A DNA stretch of 47,800 nucleotides, from assembly GCA_035402805.1 (NCBI GenBank), contig DAONDY010000002.1, forward strand, positions 1 to 47,800. The letters are read 5' to 3'. Both the position numbers and the translations under genes were made by a program. How positions within the stretch are numbered: position 1 is the stretch's first letter; every line of letters begins with the position of its first letter. The DNA comes from Candidatus Woesebacteria bacterium. Its GTDB lineage: Bacteria; Patescibacteriota; Microgenomatia; UBA12405. Shown in pieces: positions 8,309 through 19,060 of this stretch. Under the pieces are notes generated by a model. That model was not told the origin of the DNA. It saw only the letters and a program-made list of their open reading frames with translations, and ran no database searches.

Positions 8309-9100
8309 ATGTTAAAGAAATTTTTAATATTAATTTTGGCCTCAATTTTTTTGAGTAGCTGTAGTTTGAGTCCTAAAAAATCAGGACTAGAAATAATGAG
8401 TTTTCCGATCGCTAAGGTTTATATAAACAATAAGGAAATGGGGTCAACTCCTTATAAAAATATGAATTTAAAACCGGGAGAGAATGAAATAAAATTAGTT
8501 TCTCAAAATAAGGAATGGAAAAGAAAAGTAGATTTACAAAATAATATTAATACAGTGATAGATTGGCAATTTGGTGATGATTCTAGCCAGGACAGCGGAT
8601 ATATCCTCTATCTAGAAAAAACGGGTGATAAAAAGGCTTCCCTTTTGGTAAATACCAATCCAGATAAATCGATAATAAATATTGATGATGAAGTTAAAGG
8701 AACATCACCAATAAAAGTTAGTGAAATCAATGAAGGAGATAGACGATTGAAGGTTTCATTCCCGGGATACAAAGATGTAAATGTATTTATGAAAGCAATT
8801 AACGGATATCAATTAGTAGTAGATATAAAATTGGCAATTGAAAAAAATAATATTGAACAAATTATTAATTCTGAAAGTGAAATTAATAGTTCAAATGAAA
8901 TAAAAAAAATAATCGTAAAGGAAACAGAGACCGGATGGTTAAAGGTTAGAGAAGCAAGTTCCAGCTCGAGCAAAGAAATTACTAGAATTAAACCTGGCGA
9001 ACAATATACTTTATTAGAAGAAGGAACTGATTGGTACAAAATCGATTTGGGAAATGACAAGAATGGCTGGATATCGGCTAATTATGCTTCGAAAAATTAA
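8309..9100 (+). CDS. lipoprotein with PEGA repeats and C-terminal SH3b-like domain
   Basis: Lipobox-like LSSCS after a signal peptide. It has two PEGA-like segments (TPYKNMNLKPGENEIKL; SPIKVSEINEGDRRLKVSFPGYKD) and a C-terminal GWLKVREASS...WYKI...GWISANY resembling bacterial SH3. Confidence 0.55.
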   Translation: MLKKFLILILASIFLSSCSLSPKKSGLEIMSFPIAKVYINNKEMGSTPYKNMNLKPGENEIKLVSQNKEWKRKVDLQNNINTVIDWQFGDDSSQDSGYILYLEKTGDKKASLLVNTNPDKSIINIDDEVKGTSPIKVSEINEGDRRLKVSFPGYKDVNVFMKAINGYQLVVDIKLAIEKNNIEQIINSESEINSSNEIKKIIVKETETGWLKVREASSSSSKEITRIKPGEQYTLLEEGTDWYKIDLGNDKNGWISANYASKN

Positions 9101-10136
9101 TGAAAATACCAAAAATTAAGAAAGAACAGGCTAAAAAGAAATAGAGTTTTTGCTGACTATTAAGAAAAAGCGAGACGATACCAAGAATTAAACTTATTGC
9201 CCAATAAAAAATAGCAATCGAACGACGCGACCAGCCGGCTTTAAGAAGCTGGTGGTGAAAATGTTTTCCGTCGCCTAAATAAATAGGCTTTTTATTGATA
9301 ATCCTTCGAATAATAGTGTAAACGGCATCAAGCATGGGGATAAAGAGAAGGAAAATAAGAGTTGCTAGTTTAGCACCAGAAAGAATGGCTAACACAGCCA
9401 ACAAAAACCCTCCGAGGCTTTTACCGCTATAGCCCGGCATAATTGACTGCGGAAAAAAATTAAAGGGAAGAAAACCAAGATATGAACCACACACGGCACC
9501 GGCTAAAATGATGACTGGCCATTGGGTGATATCAGTAGAATAACGAAAAGCTAAAAGACCAATAAAAAAAGCAGAGATGGAAACAAAACCAGGAAGTTGA
9601 CCATCAACGCCAGTAGCCCAACCAACGATATTCATGCACCAGACTATCCAAATGACGGCCAAAATATCTGGAATTACCCAAATACTGTGCTGACCTAAAA
9701 AATTAAAATTTATTTTTAAAAAAGAAAGGTCAATAACTCCGTTACTTAAAGGATTGGAAATAAAGGCAATTCCAATACCGGAAGCAACAATTACCAAGGC
9801 CACAATAATATTGAAAAATAGCCTTACTTTAGGACTAATGTCTTTAATATCATCAAATAGACCAACAATTAAAGTTATTAAACTGGCAAGAAGAATACCA
9901 ATTAAATGTTTATCTATTGGCAAAAAAATGATTGAGGTGATTAAAACTGAGACAAAAATAGGAATTCCCCCACCCCGAGGAACAGAAGACAAAGCAGTGG
10001 CGTTATTGGTTTTCTTTTGTTTGTCTAATGGATTTTCAATCCAGTTTTTTTTAATAAAAAAATTTCTAATTAAGGGAGTAAGGATAAAGGATATCCCGGC
10101 TGAAATTAAAATGGCTAGAATAAAGGAAAATGACAT
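9078..10136 (-). CDS. glycosyltransferase family 4 (MraY/WecA-like polyprenyl-phosphate sugar-1-phosphate transferase)
   Basis: 352 aa, about 10 TM segments, with a FDDIKDISPK motif and a length and topology typical of WecA/MraY-family transferases. Confidence 0.8.
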   Translation of the reverse strand: MSFSFILAILISAGISFILTPLIRNFFIKKNWIENPLDKQKKTNNATALSSVPRGGGIPIFVSVLITSIIFLPIDKHLIGILLASLITLIVGLFDDIKDISPKVRLFFNIIVALVIVASGIGIAFISNPLSNGVIDLSFLKINFNFLGQHSIWVIPDILAVIWIVWCMNIVGWATGVDGQLPGFVSISAFFIGLLAFRYSTDITQWPVIILAGAVCGSYLGFLPFNFFPQSIMPGYSGKSLGGFLLAVLAILSGAKLATLIFLLFIPMLDAVYTIIRRIINKKPIYLGDGKHFHHQLLKAGWSRRSIAIFYWAISLILGIVSLFLNSQQKLYFFLACSFLIFGIFINFSKHN

Positions 10137-10137
10137 A

Positions 10138-10518
10138 TTAAGAAATTAAGGTAATAATTCTAGTGAGGGAAATAGCTGAAAGGAGACCAAAAACTAAAGA
10201 AAAAATTGTTAAAAGACGGGAGAATAAAGGGATTATTTTTAGGAAAAAAGTGGCAATTAAATTATTTAAAAGAAGAATAACGATGGAAAAAGTTGGTAAT
10301 AAAAAAAGAGAAGTGGCAGAAGCTAATTGGTCTTCACCCCAAGGAAGGGAATAATATAAAGGAACTTGTTCAGGTAGGCTATTAAATTTGAAAATTAAAA
10401 GACCTAACTGAAAAATAATCAAAATTAAATTCCACCTAAAGAGGCGGTAATTAATTTTCTCTTGCCAAAAACTACCAAGAAAGCCTATTTGAGAAAAAAA
10501 TGAATTAAAAAATGACAT
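10138..10518 (-). CDS. hypothetical small membrane protein
   Basis: 126 aa with 3-4 hydrophobic segments, packed 1 nt from the flanking genes on the same strand. Confidence 0.5.
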   Translation of the reverse strand: MSFFNSFFSQIGFLGSFWQEKINYRLFRWNLILIIFQLGLLIFKFNSLPEQVPLYYSLPWGEDQLASATSLFLLPTFSIVILLLNNLIATFFLKIIPLFSRLLTIFSLVFGLLSAISLTRIITLIS

Positions 10519-10519
10519 A

Positions 10520-11980
10520 TTATCTTAATTTAAAAATAGTGGCATTGCCGATAGCTTCGGTAACATAGTAATAATTTTTAAGAAAAAGGTCAAGAGAAGG
10601 GAAAGAACGTCCAGACATTGGATAATAAATAACAAATTTAGGTAAATCGGTCTTAATTTTATCCATGGTCAATTGATAGCCATTAAAATCAACAATGTGA
10701 TAGGCAACGGTATATTTTGAAGAAGGCAACCGTTTGGATAGGGCATAAATGTAAGGCTCGTCACCCCAAATGAAGATTTTGTCTTTAGGATCGGTGTTTG
10801 ATTTTATAAAATCAGAAATTTTATAAACATTACTGACTTGAGGTCCAAAAGAATTTTGATAATCAACAGTTGATTTTTTACCTAAATAATAGGAATAAAA
10901 GTTGTTGTAATATTTGAATACTGGATAAAAATAAAATTTAAATTTAAAAATAACTAAAGCAAAAAAGAAAAGTGAAAACAAGGACAGTAATTGATTTTTT
11001 TTGTCTTTGGGATTAAAAACTTGAACGATAATTAGAACTAAAGGGGGTAAAGCCTGAATTAGGTAATGAGGATAGGGACGACCAGAGAGAAGAACTCCAA
11101 AAATTGTGGCCGAGAACCAAAACAATAAAAAGGAAAAATTGGAAGAAATTATTTTTTTGGTTTTTAGTAAATAAATTAAAACCCAAGCAATTAATAGGAT
11201 TACAAATCTAATGATAATTCCCCCACTGGCCGGAGAAGAGGTTTGTGTTCCAGTGGACCAAGAAGAAATATAACCGAAATTTTGAAGGAGACTGGCAACT
11301 AAAAACGGTTTAAAAGCATTTTTAATATAAAAATAAACACCCCAAAGAATTATGGGAATTAAAAAAGCAACGGCAAAAAAAATGATGTTTTTGATATTTA
11401 AAAAAACTTTTTTTAAAGAAGTTAAATCATCAATAAAAATCCAAACACAAAGAAAGGCAAATTCGATAGCAACTGGAATTTTAATAGTAAAAGCTAACCC
11501 TAAAAGCAAACCGGAAATAATGATCTTATTAAAACGTGGTTTTGGTTTGATCAAAAGCAAAATACCAATAATAGTGGGTAAAAGCATAAAAACTTCGGCG
11601 TTGGCGATGTTGCCTTCAAACAAGGGAATTGATGTTAATATCAAAAAAATAAAAGTAGCAATTTTAGAAACTTTAATTGAAAAAAATTTTTGACTTAGAC
11701 GATAAAAGAAATAAATGGTAGGAATCATAAAAACCATGAGTAGGAGCCTAAAACCAAAAACAGTTTGAGAAAAAGCAGCAAGATAATAAAGACTTGGAGG
11801 TTTATTATCATGAATTTGACTGTAAAGGACGACTCCTTTCCTGATGGCCTGACCTAGAACTAGATAAATACCTTCGTCACCATACCAATATGGTTCAAAA
11901 AGTGAAGGTATTCTTAAAAAGAGAAAAACGAGAAATAAAACAATCCAATATCTAAATTTAGTTAAAGTTTTAAACATCAC
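10520..11980 (-). CDS. GT-C fold membrane glycosyltransferase (ArnT/PMT-like)
   Basis: 486 aa polytopic protein. It has a first periplasmic loop YWYGDEGIY (the DE motif of GT-C enzymes) and a soluble C-terminal domain. Confidence 0.6.
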   Translation of the reverse strand: MMFKTLTKFRYWIVLFLVFLFLRIPSLFEPYWYGDEGIYLVLGQAIRKGVVLYSQIHDNKPPSLYYLAAFSQTVFGFRLLLMVFMIPTIYFFYRLSQKFFSIKVSKIATFIFLILTSIPLFEGNIANAEVFMLLPTIIGILLLIKPKPRFNKIIISGLLLGLAFTIKIPVAIEFAFLCVWIFIDDLTSLKKVFLNIKNIIFFAVAFLIPIILWGVYFYIKNAFKPFLVASLLQNFGYISSWSTGTQTSSPASGGIIIRFVILLIAWVLIYLLKTKKIISSNFSFLLFWFSATIFGVLLSGRPYPHYLIQALPPLVLIIVQVFNPKDKKNQLLSLFSLFFFALVIFKFKFYFYPVFKYYNNFYSYYLGKKSTVDYQNSFGPQVSNVYKISDFIKSNTDPKDKIFIWGDEPYIYALSKRLPSSKYTVAYHIVDFNGYQLTMDKIKTDLPKFVIYYPMSGRSFPSLDLFLKNYYYVTEAIGNATIFKLR

Positions 11981-11992
11981 TTAAATGATACC

Positions 11993-13501
11993 TCAAACTG
12001 TAGGCTTTTTGCTGGTAGTTTTATATTCCAACCTCTTACCCAAAAGAAGTCTGGTGTGAGAATGGAGACCAGGAAGAACCGACATAGTTAGAGTGGCTAG
12101 AGGCATAAACGGCCACTGAAAAATATTCTTAACAATATTTTTAAAACCTTTTTTTTGATTAGCTGGACGAAGCTTCCAATCTAAGATAATTAAAATAAAC
12201 ATGGGAATTAAGCAAATAGTTAAAATTAAATTAGAAATTTTGGGAAGATTATAACCAACGGCAGTTTGAAAGAATTTTGGATTAAGAATAACCGGAAGAG
12301 AAGTTCCGAGAGTGAGAATAAACCAGTTACTAGACCAAATTAAATGAGTTTGAATTAATTTAAAAATTCTTAGGGCTCGGGTTATAAAAGGAATTTCTTT
12401 ATGGAATCTGGCTTGTTCGATAGCATAAGGAATATCAGTGGCACCCCAAGCATGACGAACACATTGACTGTAACGATTTTTCAGAGCAGAAATATAATTC
12501 TTACCATCTGGGGCATCAACTACAGTTGGTAAAAAGATAGGTTCAACTGCGGTTTTACCACCACTACTAAAAAATGTTTGTAAAAAGATATGCCAGTCTT
12601 CGGGAATCATGTCTGGATCCCAATAACCAGCTGAATCAATTAATTTATAAGAAGAAGAATAGCAAGAATAATTAAAGAACAAACCGTCAGGTTCCTGGAT
12701 GTTAGCGATATGAATAACATTACCCATAATTCCAATAATTCTTATCGGTCCCGGAACTTGGTTGATGTTGTTATGCCAAAAAATTGGCGATTGCCAAAAA
12801 CGAAAATAACGATTTGGATTTGAAGCAAAATTATAAGTTAAAGCCGAAAAATATTGAGGATTAAAAATAGTATCAACGTCACAACTAGTAAGAGTAAGAT
12901 CTTCTATTTTATATTTGCCACTATCAATAAATTCTTTTTTGAAATATTTAGCGGCCCAAGCTTCATTAGTATGTTTACCAGCAATTTCGTTTGGCAAATT
13001 GGCGGGGTGTTCTGTAAAAATTAAATTACCAAAAATGTTTTTGTATTTTTTAGAAAAATAATCGATAGTCTGCTGATTATTTTCTTTGCCAGCTCTAGCC
13101 TCCTGACCAAGGACAACATGAATATTTTTAAGATTGATATTAGTTTGAGCGGCCAAGCTACCAATAGCCATATCAATCACTTCATTTGGTTCTTTGTAGG
13201 AAGAAATGACAACAACGTGATTAATATCATTTCTTTTAAGCCAACTAGCCTTAAAATCTGATTGAAATTTTTCTTGCCAATTAGTGGCTTTGGCGGTTTG
13301 AATTTTGAAATAACCAATAACAGCTAAAATGGCTGATTTAAATGATTGATAAAGCCAATAAACTAAAAAAGCGATAACAAAATAAGCCACAGCCTTAGGA
13401 ACTACAAAAGCACCCCAAATTGGAAAAAGAATAATCATCCAAGCAAAAGAACCAGGAATCATTTCCCAAAGACGATAGATTTTGGAGTTTTTATTGATCA
13501 T
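11993..13501 (-). CDS. membrane-bound glycosyltransferase family 2-like protein
   Basis: N-terminal TM pair, a central GT-A-like region (VVISSYKEP..., CDVDT as DxD) and C-terminal TM helices. The ORF is open to 13603, but the first 34 codons would overlap the divergent gene, so I chose the ATG at 13501 (MINKNSKIY...). Confidence 0.55.
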   Translation of the reverse strand: MINKNSKIYRLWEMIPGSFAWMIILFPIWGAFVVPKAVAYFVIAFLVYWLYQSFKSAILAVIGYFKIQTAKATNWQEKFQSDFKASWLKRNDINHVVVISSYKEPNEVIDMAIGSLAAQTNINLKNIHVVLGQEARAGKENNQQTIDYFSKKYKNIFGNLIFTEHPANLPNEIAGKHTNEAWAAKYFKKEFIDSGKYKIEDLTLTSCDVDTIFNPQYFSALTYNFASNPNRYFRFWQSPIFWHNNINQVPGPIRIIGIMGNVIHIANIQEPDGLFFNYSCYSSSYKLIDSAGYWDPDMIPEDWHIFLQTFFSSGGKTAVEPIFLPTVVDAPDGKNYISALKNRYSQCVRHAWGATDIPYAIEQARFHKEIPFITRALRIFKLIQTHLIWSSNWFILTLGTSLPVILNPKFFQTAVGYNLPKISNLILTICLIPMFILIILDWKLRPANQKKGFKNIVKNIFQWPFMPLATLTMSVLPGLHSHTRLLLGKRLEYKTTSKKPTV

Positions 13502-13552
13502 TGAATGATTGATTATATCAAGAGAGAGGACTATTTGAGATAAAATAGGGAA

Positions 13553-14308
13553 ATGAGTATTTTGACTTCGATTAAAAAAACCATTAAATATAGCCAAAAA
13601 CACGGTGGTTTTCTAACAAAAGACCAATTATTTGAGAGGTTAATAAGCAATAAAATCTATAAAAGGAAAGAAATTTATAAGTTAATAAAGTTAAAAGTTT
13701 ATCAGGTTAAAAGTAAAAAAATTTTAGAAGATAAAATTAAAAAAGCGACCGATTTGGCCAAGATTATTGATCAAAAATTTAAGGATATCTTGTTTTTAGG
13801 AATCACGGGATCAGTGGCAGCTGGCTATCCTAAAAAAAATGATGACATAGATATTGTAATCATAACCAAAAAAAATAAACTGTGGATTAATAGGTTAAAA
13901 TTGAGATTTTTTATTGTCATTAATAAAATTCCCCACCGTAAATTTGGAAAAAAAGAAAAAAAGGATGAATTTTGTTTTAACCTATGGCTAGACGAAAAGG
14001 CTTTGGAAATAAAAGATAAAAAACAGAACTTAAAAAATGCTATGGATTTGATATTAATCAGGCCATTGATAAATAAAAATAAAACATACGAAAAATTTAT
14101 TTATATTAATGATTGGGCAAAAAAATGGGTAGCAACTGGATATAATGATAAAGTTAAAAAGTTTATAAATTTGAAAGTAACTAAAAGTTATAAAAATATT
14201 TTTGATATGGTAATTAATTGGTTGGTGTTTTGGCCACAGTTTTGGTATATGAAAAAGAAAATGAAAAAAGAAAAAGTTAACCTGCACCAGGCTTTCTTTC
14301 ATCGTTAA
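13553..14308 (+). CDS. hypothetical protein with nucleotidyltransferase-like motif
   Basis: 251 aa. GITGSVAAGYPKKNDDIDIVIIT resembles the GS-x(n)-DxD signature of Pol-beta-type nucleotidyltransferases. Confidence 0.45.
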   Translation: MSILTSIKKTIKYSQKHGGFLTKDQLFERLISNKIYKRKEIYKLIKLKVYQVKSKKILEDKIKKATDLAKIIDQKFKDILFLGITGSVAAGYPKKNDDIDIVIITKKNKLWINRLKLRFFIVINKIPHRKFGKKEKKDEFCFNLWLDEKALEIKDKKQNLKNAMDLILIRPLINKNKTYEKFIYINDWAKKWVATGYNDKVKKFINLKVTKSYKNIFDMVINWLVFWPQFWYMKKKMKKEKVNLHQAFFHR

Positions 14309-14318
14309 ATGGTATAAT

Positions 14319-14948
14319 GTGCTAATGGTTTCCCTGCCCAAAGAAAAAGTCTTAAAATATTTTGGCCGATTTTTTTTATTTTTAGTAGGTTTAGTTATTT
14401 TATTTGGATCTTTGATTTCGGCTGGCTTGGAAATTACAGCAAAGGATAAAAAAGAAAATAATTTAAGAAATGTTCCAATTGAATATATTGTGGAAATGCC
14501 AAATGGAGAAAAAATAACAAAAATTTATAAAGTACCAGAAAGTCGAATTGGACCAGAAAATAGTGAATATTTTATAAAAAAGATGAGAGATAAATTGTGG
14601 GTTGATTTAAGTAAAACATCTAAAGAAAAGGCAGAAGTTTGTTTGTTAATTGCAGATAAAAGGATGTTTGAAACAGTTGAATTAGTTAAAAAAAAGGGAG
14701 ACGAAGATTTAATTATAAAAACGCTAGATGAAACTATTTGGCATTTAAAGGAATCTAAAAAAATGCTGTCGGAAGAAAATAAAAAAGACTTGGAAATAGT
14801 AAAAATTGATCAGGAAATTAATTGGGCTGGTTTAGCTTATGAAGATATAGTAAAATCTTTCAATTACAAAAATGAAAAAATAAATGAGATCATCAAAGAC
14901 TTGGAAACATGGAACAAAAAAAACATTGAAAAACAGGAAGAAATCTAA
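14319..14948 (+). CDS. hypothetical membrane-anchored protein
   Basis: 209 aa with a single N-terminal TM and a charged helical remainder. No family recognised. Confidence 0.5.
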   Translation: MLMVSLPKEKVLKYFGRFFLFLVGLVILFGSLISAGLEITAKDKKENNLRNVPIEYIVEMPNGEKITKIYKVPESRIGPENSEYFIKKMRDKLWVDLSKTSKEKAEVCLLIADKRMFETVELVKKKGDEDLIIKTLDETIWHLKESKKMLSEENKKDLEIVKIDQEINWAGLAYEDIVKSFNYKNEKINEIIKDLETWNKKNIEKQEEI

Positions 14949-17085
14949 GAAATTTTTTTCTAAAAAACGCTTGATTTTATGGTCAATTTTATTATTAGTT
15001 ATTTTGATAATTTTTTATTTGGTTAGCGAGGTCCCGAATCCGACAAAGTTAAGCAGTAACGAATATCCTCAATCATCGAAAATATTCGATCGAAAAGGTC
15101 AATTATTATTTGAAATTTATTCTGAAAAAAGAAGGACACCAGTAACTCTCAGCGAAATACCTGATAATTTAAAAAAAGCAACTTTAGCAATTGAGGATGT
15201 TAATTTTTATAAGCATAATGGCTTTGATATTAAAGGAATATTAAGAGGTCTTTTTAGAACTGTATTTCAGGGAAGACTACAGGGTGGATCAACTTTAACT
15301 CAACAATTGGTAAAAAATGCGTTATTGACTCAAGAAAGAACTATATCAAGAAAAATTAAAGAAGCGATTTTAACTGTCGCAACCGAAATTCTTTATGGTA
15401 AAGACCAGATTTTAGAAATGTATTTTAACCAAACTCCTTATGGTGGAACGTTATGGGGGGCACAATCGGCAGCTAAAGGAATTTTTAATAAGGATGTTAA
15501 AGATCTGGATTTGGCCGAAGCAGCTTTAATTGCAGGATTGCCAGGATCACCAACAAAATATAATCCATTTAGTCACCCTGAAGCGGCTAAAGCAAGACAA
15601 GAAATAGTTTTGTCTAGAATGAATCAAGTCGGTTTTATTACTAAAGAGGAAATGGAAAAGGCTAAAAATGAAAAATTGGATTATTACCTAAATAAAACTG
15701 GAATTTTAGCTCCTCATTTTGTTTTTTATGTTAAGGAACAGTTGACGGAAAAATACGGTTTGAAAAAATTAAATGAGGGTGGTCTTAAGATTACAACTAC
15801 ATTGGATTTGGATATACAAAAATTATCAGAAACAATAGTGGCATCAGAAGTGGCAAAATTAAAAAAATCAAATGTAACCAATGGCGCGGCATTGGTGACA
15901 GAACCAGGAAGTGGTCAAATTTTGGCGATGGTGGGATCGATTGATTATTTTTCAAATGAAATAGATGGTAAATATAATGTGACAACAGCATTAAGACAAC
16001 CAGGTTCATCCATAAAACCATTAAATTATGCAACAGGATTGGAGCTGGGAAAAATAACCCCAGCATCGATAATAGATGATAATCCGACCTGTTTTGAACA
16101 AATAAACCAAAAACCATATTGTCCAACTAATTATGGAAATGCCTACTATGGACTGCAAACAGTTAGAAATTCTCTAGCTAATTCTTTGAATATTGGAGCA
16201 GTAAAAGTTTTAAAACTAAATGGTGTAGAAACTTTTATTGCCTCAGCTTCGGCAATGGGGTTAAAAACATTTAAAGATCCATCAAATTATGGCCTTTCTT
16301 TAACTTTGGGTGGAGGTGAAGTTTATATGACAGATATGTCTACAGCTTATGGAGTTTTCGCCAACATGGGAGTAAAACAAAATTTAACACCGATATTAAA
16401 AATTGAAGATAAAGATGGGAAAATTTTAGAAGAATTTAAAGAGAACCCAGGAGAAAGAGTATTGTCTCGAGAAACATCTTTTATAATCCAAAATATTTTG
16501 TCAGATGATGGAGCCAGAAGCATGGTTTTTGGAAGTGGATCTTTATTAAATATAAAAAAACACCCGGAGGTGGCAGTTAAAACTGGAACAACAAACGACT
16601 TGAGAGATAACTGGACTTATGGCTATACATCAGATTATGTGGTTGGAACTTGGGTGGGAAATAATGATAATTCAAGAATGAGAGGAGTGGTTTCAGGAAC
16701 TAGCGGTGCGGCCCCAATTTGGAACAAAATAATGACAGAAATACTAAAAGATAAAACCGTTAAAAAACCAATAATGCCAACAAATATTATCGGCATTAAT
16801 GTCTGTAATTTAACTGGGGGAATAATCCCAGAAGAAGGATGTCAGTCTCATTATGAATATTTTAATAAAGATTATTTACCAAATAAAACAACTACTAGAA
16901 TGAATGTTTTAATAAATAAAGACACTGGAAAAATTGTAGTTGATAATGAGGTGGCTCCTAATGCAGAGTGGCAAGATCATACTGTTGTAACTGATATCTC
17001 AGGGGTTAAAATATGTTTAGATTGCCCATTAGTAGGAGTGGGAGTTGGAGAAACAGGCAATAAAACTCCTACAACTGTTAATTAG
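14884..17085 (+). CDS. class A penicillin-binding protein (PBP1A-type transglycosylase/transpeptidase), copy 1
   Basis: 733 aa. GT51 motifs EDVNFYKHNG, GGSTLTQQLVKN and RKIKEA, plus transpeptidase SSIKP, SLN and KTGTTND. The stop codon is TAG. Confidence 0.85.
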   Translation: MRSSKTWKHGTKKTLKNRKKSKKFFSKKRLILWSILLLVILIIFYLVSEVPNPTKLSSNEYPQSSKIFDRKGQLLFEIYSEKRRTPVTLSEIPDNLKKATLAIEDVNFYKHNGFDIKGILRGLFRTVFQGRLQGGSTLTQQLVKNALLTQERTISRKIKEAILTVATEILYGKDQILEMYFNQTPYGGTLWGAQSAAKGIFNKDVKDLDLAEAALIAGLPGSPTKYNPFSHPEAAKARQEIVLSRMNQVGFITKEEMEKAKNEKLDYYLNKTGILAPHFVFYVKEQLTEKYGLKKLNEGGLKITTTLDLDIQKLSETIVASEVAKLKKSNVTNGAALVTEPGSGQILAMVGSIDYFSNEIDGKYNVTTALRQPGSSIKPLNYATGLELGKITPASIIDDNPTCFEQINQKPYCPTNYGNAYYGLQTVRNSLANSLNIGAVKVLKLNGVETFIASASAMGLKTFKDPSNYGLSLTLGGGEVYMTDMSTAYGVFANMGVKQNLTPILKIEDKDGKILEEFKENPGERVLSRETSFIIQNILSDDGARSMVFGSGSLLNIKKHPEVAVKTGTTNDLRDNWTYGYTSDYVVGTWVGNNDNSRMRGVVSGTSGAAPIWNKIMTEILKDKTVKKPIMPTNIIGINVCNLTGGIIPEEGCQSHYEYFNKDYLPNKTTTRMNVLINKDTGKIVVDNEVAPNAEWQDHTVVTDISGVKICLDCPLVGVGVGETGNKTPTTVN

Positions 17086-17086
17086 G

Positions 17087-19060
17087 ATGTCTTTTTTTGA
17101 ACTAATAATAAAAATCTTAATAACAACAGGAAGGCCAGTTTTTTGGATTTTAAAGAAAACGAAATATTTGTTAATATTGGGTGTTTTAATCGGAATTGTT
17201 TTTAATGTTTATCAATTTTTAAATAAGGAATTGCCGGATATAAATTTAATTTATAATCCGCCAAAATTATCGAGTAAAATATTTGATCGAAACGGAAACC
17301 TACTTTACAAATTTTATCAGGAAGAAAATAGAACTTGGGTAAGTTTGGATAAAATTCCCAAAAAATTCATTGAGGCGACTTTGGCAATTGAGGATAAGGA
17401 ATTTTATAAACATGGTGGTTTGTCTTTAAAAGGAATGGTCAAAGCAACTCTTTATAATTTGAAAAAATCTAAAGAAGATAAGCTAAGGGGCGGGTCAACA
17501 ATTACCCAACAATTAGTTAAAAATATATTTTTAACTAACGAAAAATCGTTTAAAAGAAAAATAAAAGAGGCAATTTTAACTTTAAAAATAGAAAAAAAAT
17601 TAAGTAAAAATGAAATTTTAGAAAGATATTTTAATCAGGTTTCCTATGGTGGTGAGGCCTACGGAGTTCAGGAAGCAGCTTGGAAATATTTTGGAAAAAA
17701 TATAGATGAATTAAATGAAGGTGAGATAACTTATTTAGCTGGATTACCAGCGGCACCAAGCTCTTATTCCCCTTTCTCTAATAATCCGGAATTAGGAATT
17801 TCCAGACAAAAAAGAGTATTAGAAGAAATGGTATCGGCAAAATATCTTAATAAAGATGAAGCAAAAAAAATATTAAATCAAAAATTGGTCTTTAAAAAAA
17901 GAAAAGGAAGAATAGAAGCTCCTCATTTTGTTTTTTACATTAAAAGCTTGTTGGAAAACAAATACGGTTATATTAATTTTGAAAAACAAGGATTAAATAT
18001 TTACACCAGTCTGGATTTAAACATTCAAAAAGAAACAGAAAAAATTGTAAGTCAGGAAGTGAAAAAGGTTAAAAAATTAAAAATATCAAATGGAGCAGCG
18101 CTGGTAATAGAGGTAAAAAATGGCGATATTATGGCAATGGTGGGATCAAAAGATTATGAAGCCGATGATATTGATGGAAATGTTAATGTAACAACAGCAT
18201 TAAGGCAACCAGGATCATCTATCAAACCCATAAATTATTTATTGGCTTTTCAAAATGGGAATGATCCTAATTCATATATAGAAGACAATCCAGTTAGTTA
18301 TTATGTGCCAGGACAAAAAGTCTATTCGCCTAAAAATTATAATGGCAAATATATGGGGAAAGTAAAATTAAAAACAGCTTTGGCATCGTCTTTAAATGTA
18401 CCATCGGTAAAACTTTTAGCCGAAAATGGAATAGATAATATGATTAATTTGGCTGAAAGTATGGGGATAACAACTTGGAAGGAAAGAAACCGATATGGAT
18501 TATCGCTGGCATTAGGAAGCGGTGAGGTTAGAATGACAGAAATGGCTCAAGCTTATAGCACTTTTGCTAATTTAGGAGAAAAAATAGAAATAAATCCGAT
18601 TTATAAAATAGATAATTATTTAGGAGAAAATATCTACGAAAAAGAAAATCAAAAGAAGAAAATATTTGATTCAAATTTAGCATTGATAATTAATGATATT
18701 TTAAGTGACGATAAGTTAAGATCCCCTATTTTTGGTTTAAATTCAAAATTAAAAATTCAGGGAAAAACAGTAGCGGTGAAAACCGGGACAACAAATAATT
18801 TAAAAGATAATTGGTGTATTGGATGGACTCCAAGTTATTTGGTGGCAACTTGGGTGGGAAATAATGACGGAACACCAATGAGTTGGGTGGCCTCAGGAGT
18901 GACAGGAGCAACTCCAATTTGGAATAAAATAATGACTAAAATTCTAGATAATAAAACAGACGAACAATGGTCTGATTTAGTGTCACTACCAAATGATAAA
19001 ATTATTTTTGAAGAGAATACCAATACAATTGATCAATTAGACCAGGAAGTAATTTTTTAG
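17087..19060 (+). CDS. class A penicillin-binding protein, copy 2 (tandem paralog)
   Basis: Same motif set as copy 1 (EDKEFYKHGG, GGSTITQQLVKN, SSIKP, SLN, KTGTTNN). I chose the ATG at 17087, directly after the copy-1 stop; the ORF is open from 17045. Confidence 0.85.
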   Translation: MSFFELIIKILITTGRPVFWILKKTKYLLILGVLIGIVFNVYQFLNKELPDINLIYNPPKLSSKIFDRNGNLLYKFYQEENRTWVSLDKIPKKFIEATLAIEDKEFYKHGGLSLKGMVKATLYNLKKSKEDKLRGGSTITQQLVKNIFLTNEKSFKRKIKEAILTLKIEKKLSKNEILERYFNQVSYGGEAYGVQEAAWKYFGKNIDELNEGEITYLAGLPAAPSSYSPFSNNPELGISRQKRVLEEMVSAKYLNKDEAKKILNQKLVFKKRKGRIEAPHFVFYIKSLLENKYGYINFEKQGLNIYTSLDLNIQKETEKIVSQEVKKVKKLKISNGAALVIEVKNGDIMAMVGSKDYEADDIDGNVNVTTALRQPGSSIKPINYLLAFQNGNDPNSYIEDNPVSYYVPGQKVYSPKNYNGKYMGKVKLKTALASSLNVPSVKLLAENGIDNMINLAESMGITTWKERNRYGLSLALGSGEVRMTEMAQAYSTFANLGEKIEINPIYKIDNYLGENIYEKENQKKKIFDSNLALIINDILSDDKLRSPIFGLNSKLKIQGKTVAVKTGTTNNLKDNWCIGWTPSYLVATWVGNNDGTPMSWVASGVTGATPIWNKIMTKILDNKTDEQWSDLVSLPNDKIIFEENTNTIDQLDQEVIF

